Shown here one piece after another: positions 7,082 through 13,969 of a stretch of 25,436 nt of DNA. The stretch covers positions 1-25,436 of the forward strand of contig JAVCCF010000146.1 in the NCBI GenBank assembly GCA_030765625.1. Reading direction: 5' to 3'. Both the position numbers and the translations under genes were made by a program. The DNA comes from Candidatus Tenebribacter burtonii (GTDB lineage Bacteria; Cloacimonadota; Cloacimonadia; Cloacimonadales; TCS61). How positions within the stretch are numbered: position 1 is the stretch's first letter; every line of letters begins with the position of its first letter. The notes below the pieces were generated by a model. That model did not search any database, was not told the origin of the DNA, and worked only from the letters and a program-made list of their open reading frames with translations.

Positions 7082-7789
7082 TCAATCTCCAAATTTTGTT
7101 GAATTTATAAAATTCTCAAAAATTAGAAAATTCTGTTTAATTTGTGCTTCAATATCCAATTCATTTTTGTAGAATTCTTTGTCATTTGGAAATTCCTCAA
7201 TATGAGTTCGTACCATTTCAGTTCCATTTTCAAATTGCATTTCAGGATGAAACTGCACTCCCCAAACAGGCAAATTCTTATATTGGAAAGCTTGAATTTC
7301 ACAATCATTGTTTGTTGCAATTATTTTGAATTCATCTGGTAAATTGCAAATTTCATCGTAATGTGATTCCAGAAATACAGGATTGGAAATTCCTTTGAAA
7401 AGCGGATTATCTTTAATCTGCATTTTCTTCCAACCGAATTCAGCAGTTTCTGTTTTTCTACAAGCATCATTTCCCACCAAAGCTCTTGCGATCATTTGAT
7501 GTCCATGACAAATACCCAGAATTGGTTTTTGTATTTTTATAAAATATTGAATTACTTTTATGATCATTTCATCGAATCCACTGCCCTGAGAAGCGGAAAG
7601 AGAAGAACCTGAGAGCAACAGATGAGAGTATTTGGAAAACACATTTTCATTCTTCTCAAAATCATTTAACCTTGCATCACCCAAATGCACTATTTCATAT
7701 GGAAAACCATCCATGATGAAGGGAAGTGTTTTCTCATCGAATCCGATCTTGTATTTTTCAGTTATAATTGTGTTGAAAGCTAATAGCAT
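7082..7789 (-). CDS. Class I (GATase1) glutamine amidotransferase domain protein, stand-alone
   Basis: 235 aa. The nucleophile elbow is PILGICHGHQMIA and the His/Glu motif is WGVQFHPE. The size and layout match GuaA-N-like type 1 amidotransferases. I cannot infer the partner synthase or the substrate. Confidence 0.8.
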   Translation of the reverse strand: MLLAFNTIITEKYKIGFDEKTLPFIMDGFPYEIVHLGDARLNDFEKNENVFSKYSHLLLSGSSLSASQGSGFDEMIIKVIQYFIKIQKPILGICHGHQMIARALVGNDACRKTETAEFGWKKMQIKDNPLFKGISNPVFLESHYDEICNLPDEFKIIATNNDCEIQAFQYKNLPVWGVQFHPEMQFENGTEMVRTHIEEFPNDKEFYKNELDIEAQIKQNFLIFENFINSTKFGD

Positions 7790-7968
7790 AATTTATCCTT
7801 TAAATATAATTCTCAATCTTATTCCGCCATCCTCCGTTAAATTGAGGATCTTTGAGATTCCCAAACCAGTTGGGAATGACAAATCTTTAACCTTCAGAAT
7901 GTCGAGAAAGGTAGAAAATATCACAATTTTCAGAAAGTTTTTGTTCGTTTTGTTTGTTGCTAAATCCC

Positions 7969-10533
7969 TTATTTAACCTTCTTCAAAAGTAAATCTGCAA
8001 TTCCCATATTATAGCCGACAGATGAAAAAACAATTTCATTCTCTTTATTCAAAAGGAAAATAACCGGATAGTTTTCAATATCATCATTAATGATTTTATT
8101 ACCCTTAATGAGCTTGAATTTTTCTTTCAGATCATTGAGGTCGTCAATTGCTCTAATTTCGGAAAATAAAATAAGTTCAGTATTATTTTTTTGGAATTCC
8201 TCTGTTTTTACAGAAAGTTGCTCGAGCATTCTTTCTTCCGGCTCGGAGGGGATTTCACCTCGCACAAAAAGAAGCTTGAAACCAACTGAATCGTCTTTAA
8301 CAATTCTGATTATATTTTGTTTAGTTACTTCACTCCATTTACCAGAATTATCAAGATATTCTCTCGGTGTGATTAAGTCAATTTTTACAGAATCCAATCC
8401 TTCGATTGATTTAATAATAATATTCGCATCACCATTCCCATTTCGTACGAAAGATTCGATATAAATTTTGTCATCATCTTTAAAACGATAATCCGCTTTA
8501 TAATCGAGAGAATCATTTTTGCCGTCAAAATATGTGTTGGAAATCGTTCCCTCTTCACTCAATTTTGCAATCAGGAAATTTTCATAAGGATCTGCTTTCA
8601 CTTTTTCTCCATCAACAAAAAATGAGACTGTAATAAACTTCTTTTCATCCTGCTCTTCTTCTTCTTTTTCTTCTACCGCTATAAAATCATTACCATCAAA
8701 AAATTCCAATCTTCCTTTCCATTGAATGGGAACACCTAGTAGCTTCAAAGTGGAATTGATCAGCTTGGTGCGATAAAATTCGGGAACGGTTTTCATATTG
8801 AGAATATCATTGGGATTGAGGCTTCCAGAAAAATATGTCCATACAAAATCTTCATCGACTACAATATTTTTATCGACCCACTTGATAACTTTTTTCACCG
8901 TTTTTGCAGGATTTTTTGCAATAAGTTTCTCTATTTTAGGATAAAATTCTTTTTGCCAACCGTTTTGTGGAGGAGTTGCACTGCGCCAGGTGAAACCGAT
9001 AACATTATCCACAAAGATGGAATCGGGAATGCTCGGGAAATTATTCTTAGCTTGAATAAAAATATCCACAACTGTTTGAATTGCAGTTGAATCAGGAATT
9101 TCACAGAGTTCTTTGATATCCCATTTTTCTATCATATTTACAATAATTCTGATTTCCTGCGGATCTTTGGTTTTCTCTAACAGATAATGAAATTGTTTTA
9201 AATTACCAGCAATATCATCACATTTTTTCAAGAATTTTTTCCTATCTTCAAAAAAAGTATTGTCCTGCTTTTCTGCTATTTTTGCTACATCATAATATTC
9301 TACAAACTCGATACTGTTCTTTTGATTATTAAGACGATTCTTTCTTTTAAGATCAACATTTTCTCTCATCAATTTATATTTTTCACCGAGAACTTCTTTT
9401 TGTTCTATATTGTCAGGATTATCAAATGGAATTGGAAAAAGAAAATCAAAATGTTCATCAATACCATTATTTGCTGATAACATAAGTTCCAAAGAACTAT
9501 TTTTCATCGTATTTAAAACGGAATATCCCAGCAAATCATCCTTAAAGGCTGAAACAAAGACGGTACCTTTACCCAGTGGAACATTCACCGAACCCGTATC
9601 ATCTGTTTTAAGTTCCGTTAAGGTAAATAATCCTCCATAAGTTGCTGCATAAAGAACAACAGAGGCATTCATCACGGGTTTATCATCAGCATCTTTTACT
9701 TTGATCTGAATATATTCAAAATCGGTATAATATTCTATCGAACTGATTAAAGTAGTATTGTCCTTTTGTTTGATCGTATTTTTGCTTTTGTAATTTCCAA
9801 AAGCTCTTGAGGTGATCAAAGTTGCTCTTTGGGTTGTTTTTGTGAACCAAGATTTATTTAATGAATTAGATGGTTCAGCACCGCCGGTATATTTCCATCC
9901 ATTAGGAGTCCAGATTTCTACCCAGGCGTGATTGTTATTTGTAAAATTCCAAAAAGGAACACTTGCCGGACGGGTAGGAATTCCTACACTTCGGGCTGCA
10001 GCAATATAGATTATCATCATCTCTTCGCAGCGACCGATACCTCTTTTTATCGTCGTGAGTGGTGCCTGATCTCTGCCACTGGTTTGCTTAAAAGTCATTT
10101 GTTCCAAAGCCCACAAATTCACCAGAATTGCTGCTTCCTCGATATCTTCGACATCTTCCACAAGCGGTTTAAGCTCAGTATAGAAGATCTCACGCCAATC
10201 TTCCAGTGGTTCCTGGGAAACGCGATGAGGAAGTACGAAATGCTCAAAAATATCCTCGGGGTAATTTGCATATTTGAACTCTTTTGCCTTGATCGCAAAT
10301 TCTATATTCGTCATCAGATAATCTTCAGTAAGTACTGATAGATCGTTGTTACTGCAGTTTTCCAACAGGAAGTTTAAATATCGAAGAGTATCACCTTCCT
10401 GAGTTTCCAATAAATTTAACAATTCTTCAGCATTTTTCCCGGAATATTTCTCGATTCTTTCAGCAGTTGTTAGTTCACTTGCATTTACAATTGCAATTGA
10501 AAAAAGCAATAAGACAATAAATAGTTTTTTCAT
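7969..10533 (-). CDS. Secreted transglutaminase-like (papain-fold) domain protein with Ig-like and C-terminal thioredoxin-like regions
   Basis: 854 aa with signal peptide MKKLFIVLLLFSIAIVNAS. The transglutaminase core reads GIGRCEEMMIIYIAAARSVGIPTRP...NNHAWVEIWTPNGW, which gives the Cys and His of the catalytic triad. The mid region IKVKDADDKPVMNASVVLY..TDDTGSVNVPL resembles a carboxypeptidase-regulatory/Ig-like fold. The C-terminus is TlpA-like but lacks CxxC (see findings). AGGATGG SD is present. The start lies 10 nt after the EEP gene stop. Confidence 0.8.
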   Translation of the reverse strand: MKKLFIVLLLFSIAIVNASELTTAERIEKYSGKNAEELLNLLETQEGDTLRYLNFLLENCSNNDLSVLTEDYLMTNIEFAIKAKEFKYANYPEDIFEHFVLPHRVSQEPLEDWREIFYTELKPLVEDVEDIEEAAILVNLWALEQMTFKQTSGRDQAPLTTIKRGIGRCEEMMIIYIAAARSVGIPTRPASVPFWNFTNNNHAWVEIWTPNGWKYTGGAEPSNSLNKSWFTKTTQRATLITSRAFGNYKSKNTIKQKDNTTLISSIEYYTDFEYIQIKVKDADDKPVMNASVVLYAATYGGLFTLTELKTDDTGSVNVPLGKGTVFVSAFKDDLLGYSVLNTMKNSSLELMLSANNGIDEHFDFLFPIPFDNPDNIEQKEVLGEKYKLMRENVDLKRKNRLNNQKNSIEFVEYYDVAKIAEKQDNTFFEDRKKFLKKCDDIAGNLKQFHYLLEKTKDPQEIRIIVNMIEKWDIKELCEIPDSTAIQTVVDIFIQAKNNFPSIPDSIFVDNVIGFTWRSATPPQNGWQKEFYPKIEKLIAKNPAKTVKKVIKWVDKNIVVDEDFVWTYFSGSLNPNDILNMKTVPEFYRTKLINSTLKLLGVPIQWKGRLEFFDGNDFIAVEEKEEEEQDEKKFITVSFFVDGEKVKADPYENFLIAKLSEEGTISNTYFDGKNDSLDYKADYRFKDDDKIYIESFVRNGNGDANIIIKSIEGLDSVKIDLITPREYLDNSGKWSEVTKQNIIRIVKDDSVGFKLLFVRGEIPSEPEERMLEQLSVKTEEFQKNNTELILFSEIRAIDDLNDLKEKFKLIKGNKIINDDIENYPVIFLLNKENEIVFSSVGYNMGIADLLLKKVK

Positions 10534-10543
10534 AATCCATCCT

Positions 10544-11314
10544 TTATAATTCTATTATCAAGCCCAAATGATCCGATGGATAAATTCCATTTTTATCAGG
10601 TTTATTTCCAATTAATTTTATGCTTTTAATTTTATTTGCAAAAGCTTCATTTACCCAACAATAATCAATCCGTTTTATAGGTTTAGACATTGGATAAGTG
10701 AAACCATCATTATCAGGATTAAGTTTGTTCCATATATCTATAAATCCCTGCATTGTGAGTTTATGGAGATTCTCATTTTGAGGAGTTGCATTCATGTCTC
10801 CCAACAATACAAGAGGATATCCAGCAAACCGCTCGGTATAGATCATTACTTCACCAATGTTTGATCTTAAATTTATCTCTTCATTTGAAAAATGTGTATT
10901 AAAAAGAAAGAAAACGAAATTATTTGAAACTGCGACTGAATATTGAGTCACTCTTTTATTTTGATCTTTTGGATTTTGGATATAGGAATGGAAGACAGTT
11001 CCAGTCTCCATAATGTCATTTTTAGAAATAATGGAAAGACCTTCCCAAAAACCGGTTGGATTAAAGTGCATCGCTGGTTGAGTAACAATTTTTGCCTTAA
11101 TAAATTTGTCTCTACTTTGAAGTTGCGTTAGGATCTGTTCAGCAGAATTCATATAAGTAGCTTTTGTGCTTGGATGAACTTTATGGAAGCGTACTTCCTG
11201 CAGTGCAATAATATCAGCATCTGCCTTTATTATTTCATCAGCGATCAAATTTTTCCTGGTTATCCATTGAGAATGATCATCATAGTTTGCAATGTTCCAT
11301 GATATAATCTTCAT
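10544..11314 (-). CDS. Endonuclease/exonuclease/phosphatase (EEP) family metal-dependent hydrolase
   Basis: 256 aa. MKIISWNI, DADIIALQEV, LLGDMNATP and the C-terminal YPSDHLGLIIEL are the conserved EEP-fold catalytic motifs. No signal peptide is visible. Confidence 0.85.
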   Translation of the reverse strand: MKIISWNIANYDDHSQWITRKNLIADEIIKADADIIALQEVRFHKVHPSTKATYMNSAEQILTQLQSRDKFIKAKIVTQPAMHFNPTGFWEGLSIISKNDIMETGTVFHSYIQNPKDQNKRVTQYSVAVSNNFVFFLFNTHFSNEEINLRSNIGEVMIYTERFAGYPLVLLGDMNATPQNENLHKLTMQGFIDIWNKLNPDNDGFTYPMSKPIKRIDYCWVNEAFANKIKSIKLIGNKPDKNGIYPSDHLGLIIEL

Positions 11315-11342
11315 AATTCCTCTACTCTCCAGTTTATATTAT

Positions 11343-11370
11343 TCAGGGTGCATGTTACCATGCACCCTGA
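11343..11370 (-). terminator. GC-rich 12-bp stem / 4-nt loop hairpin between the peptidase and EEP genes (attenuator, partial terminator or mRNA-stabilising element)
   Basis: TCAGGGTGCATG ttac CATGCACCCTGA is a perfect stem that stands out against AT-rich flanks. It lies 28 nt downstream of the peptidase stop on the minus strand. No U-tract follows it on either strand, so it is not a canonical intrinsic terminator. Confidence 0.45.
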
Positions 11371-11397
11371 CAGATATATTAATATTCTATAATATCA

Positions 11398-13542
11398 CTA
11401 TTTAATAAGAACCATTTTCTTAGTTTGGAAAAATTTATCTACTTGTAATTTGTAGTAATAAACTCCCGATGAAACCGCTTTGCCGCTGTTATCATCACCG
11501 TTCCAAACAATATTATTTATTCCTGATTTCAAATTTCTAATTTCAAATTTCTTTATCTTCTGCCCTTTAAGATTATAGATTTCGAGAGTCACAAACGAAG
11601 ACGTTTGTGCTACAGAAAATGAAATTGTTGTTGTAGGGTTAAATGGATTTGGATAATTACCGTTCAATGAATTTACAATTGGTATTTGAATTCCATTTGC
11701 ATCAGTATGATTAATTTCAACAACATTACTTGGTTCAGATTCCCAATCTCCACTATAAACAGCAGTGAGATAATAGGAATAACTTCCTGTTGGAACTCCT
11801 AGATCAAAATAGAATTCTTGAGTCGTACTTGCAAGATATACATCATCTCTGTAAATTCGATATTCGAGGAAATCTCTACTTGAACTGATCGCATACCAAC
11901 TTAAAGAAACATTAGTTCCTAACGATGTTGCAGTAAGACCTGTAGGTACAGGAAGAATCAAATCAACATTAATAGTGTTGGAAGGATCAGATTCTCCTGA
12001 ATCATAAATTGCAGTTACATAATAGGAGTATGTATCTCCTGCGAGTGCCTCATCAACATAGACCGTTGTTGGGAAGGGATCATTGTCAACTTCAGCCAGG
12101 AAGCTACCGTCTTTGTAAACATAATAACTTAAAACACTTGCACTTCCTGCATTCCAGGTAAGTTCAATACTATTATAGTCTATAATTTCAAACCCAAGAT
12201 CCGTGGGAGGATTCGTTCCGCCACTACCATCTATCGATAGAGCTTTAATACAGAAATTACCTGTATTCTGGAAACCAGATGGATCATTGTAATCATAGAA
12301 ATCAAGCCAGTCTCCGCCATTTTTGTAATAACTTTCTTCAGGATTAGCAGAAGATTCAACGATTGTTCTGTACTGAGCTCCTAAAAGAACCGGAATATCA
12401 GATGTTCTGTCATATGGATGACCACCATCTGAAAAAGATAAATAAACATAGAAGTCATCTCCTTCTGTTACCGAAATGCCTGTATCTAAATTTACTGTAT
12501 GAAATCCTGCATGATCATAACTACCGGAAACAGTTGCAAGTTCATTTGTAAGATCAGTTCCGTCAAAATCATCATAAATCCTTACAATATAATCCACATA
12601 ATCTACAGCAGTAAAGAAACTCACAGCTTCGATCACCTGGGCTCCGGATGCTTCAAAAGCATTGAATGCTTCAGTTGCTGTTGATAGTGTATCGCGCCAG
12701 CCATGATAGTCATGATAATAAACATTATCGTATGCCATTGGTTCTACGTTTTGAAATGAGATTGCACCCATCTCTATATTACGGCAGGAATGTTTATCGT
12801 AATAGGAAATCCAAAAATAACCGCTATTACCCCAGCTTGAACCCCAGCTGTTTCTTGCCAACCAGGCTCCGGGCAATGGAGCTTGTGTTGCATGATCATC
12901 ATTCCAGCCTATAATAGATACTGCATGATTTGGATCATCCTGATTTGATGGTGGTTGATAATGGTTATAATTTGAAATAAATGTACCATTATATGATATA
13001 CACGTTCCCAAAATTCCATTGTCTATTATAGTTTGCTTAATTACATCAATATTCGAAAGATCATCTTCTAGTATAAACCATTCCACATCTCTTGGATAAA
13101 AATAGTGATAACTCGATAACCATCTAGCTGGAGATGTAGCATTACCTGTGTAGGGTGCATCTATTTCACGGACTGCACCTTCTGCACGGGAGAGATAAGC
13201 AGTTGTCACACGGTAGTCTCCACCCTGGTGAACTTCCAATCCACTACCTGTCGGTGGTGTAACATCATCATTATTATGATCATTAAATCCGTTCCACCAA
13301 TCGAGATGTCTTTCTGCCAGGTTTGGCTCTCCTGTTTCTCCGGCAGCAGTCCATGCACCATTTATCATCAAATTCCCCTCTATTGACGCATAGGCACCAA
13401 ATGTCCAGCAAGTTCCGTATGGTCCTTGATTTCTAACACCTGGGACATAATTTTCACCATTCACATCACGCAGATCATATGTGTCTGCCATAAGAAGTAG
13501 TGACGTAATAAGTAATAAAACCACAAATAAATTTCTCAACAT
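11398..13542 (-). CDS. Secreted papain-family (C1) cysteine peptidase with two FN3-like domains and a T9SS C-terminal sorting domain
   Basis: 714 aa with a signal peptide. The catalytic Cys motif is NQGPYGTCWTFGAYASIEGN, the His is NHAVSIIGW and the Asn/Trp motif is RNSWGSSWGNSGYFWISY. Two FN3-like repeats are present (PPTDLGFEIIDYNSIELTWN..YYVYKDG and PTGLTATSLGTNVSLSWY..YRIYRDD). The C-terminal NYPNPFNPTTTISFSV...SGVYYYKL matches the Por/T9SS type A sorting-domain signature. GGAGG lies 7 nt upstream of the ATG. Confidence 0.9.
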   Translation of the reverse strand: MLRNLFVVLLLITSLLLMADTYDLRDVNGENYVPGVRNQGPYGTCWTFGAYASIEGNLMINGAWTAAGETGEPNLAERHLDWWNGFNDHNNDDVTPPTGSGLEVHQGGDYRVTTAYLSRAEGAVREIDAPYTGNATSPARWLSSYHYFYPRDVEWFILEDDLSNIDVIKQTIIDNGILGTCISYNGTFISNYNHYQPPSNQDDPNHAVSIIGWNDDHATQAPLPGAWLARNSWGSSWGNSGYFWISYYDKHSCRNIEMGAISFQNVEPMAYDNVYYHDYHGWRDTLSTATEAFNAFEASGAQVIEAVSFFTAVDYVDYIVRIYDDFDGTDLTNELATVSGSYDHAGFHTVNLDTGISVTEGDDFYVYLSFSDGGHPYDRTSDIPVLLGAQYRTIVESSANPEESYYKNGGDWLDFYDYNDPSGFQNTGNFCIKALSIDGSGGTNPPTDLGFEIIDYNSIELTWNAGSASVLSYYVYKDGSFLAEVDNDPFPTTVYVDEALAGDTYSYYVTAIYDSGESDPSNTINVDLILPVPTGLTATSLGTNVSLSWYAISSSRDFLEYRIYRDDVYLASTTQEFYFDLGVPTGSYSYYLTAVYSGDWESEPSNVVEINHTDANGIQIPIVNSLNGNYPNPFNPTTTISFSVAQTSSFVTLEIYNLKGQKIKKFEIRNLKSGINNIVWNGDDNSGKAVSSGVYYYKLQVDKFFQTKKMVLIK

Positions 13543-13910
13543 TTTTTTCCTCCAACATTTTTTTATTATATCATTCTCTTATTTATGCATAATACATTCC
13601 AGAAAATAAATTTAATTGTTTATTAATTAGTCAAATAAAAGATTTTATTCATTCGTTGGTTTTCTCATCCTGAGAGTGTCTACAATTATTCACTTTCGCT
13701 TCGAACGATTAATCGCAGGAATTGGCTCGGTACGTTCTACAAAAACAAAATGGTTCATCACCCTGTAAGAGTTTCTTTCAGACACTCCCCGATTTTGATT
13801 CTTCCAGGGTGTGCAAAATTATATCGTTGAAAGGAATCTGACATTTTCAAACATACCTTGAAAGTGTTAAACGGATAGAAAATTGTGAGAGAAACGCTTG
13901 TAAGGTTGAT

Positions 13911-13945
13911 AAAATAAAAAAGGGGAAACCAATAAAGGTTTCCCC
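13911..13945 (-). terminator. Rho-independent terminator of the TonB-dependent receptor gene
   Basis: On the minus strand the sequence reads GGGGAAACC tttatt GGTTTCCCC (13945-13922), a perfect 9-bp GC-rich stem. It is followed directly by TTTTTTATTTT (13921-13911). It begins 25 nt after the receptor stop codon. Confidence 0.85.
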
Positions 13946-13969
13946 AAAGAAACAATGCTGTATGTCTAT

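Noticed and set aside
7829-7877. Two small hairpins downstream of the transglutaminase-like gene: ATCCTC/GAGGAT at 7829-7849 and ATTCCCAA/TTGGGAAT at 7857-7877.
   Set aside because: The stems are 6-8 bp with no U-tract in the minus-strand orientation. They may contribute to termination, but the evidence is too weak for a feature call.
8090-10338. Antisense ORFs of 124, 76 and 136 aa within the transglutaminase-like gene. Similar antisense ORFs occur at 12363-12914, 15083-15283, 17727-18531, 20932-21237, 21597-22529 and 23895-24574.
   Set aside because: Each is fully embedded antisense to a gene with strong family motifs. The translations are low-complexity and S/L/F/I-rich, and none has an SD. 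The three overlapping minus-strand ORFs at 22120-22529 simply reflect a purine-rich stretch of dxs that lacks TTA/CTA/TCA.
13758-13955. 65-aa minus-strand ORF in the receptor-peptidase spacer.
   Set aside because: Its start overlaps the strong intrinsic terminator stem and U-tract (13911-13945). It has no SD and an implausible F/Y/L-rich sequence. It is most likely non-coding.
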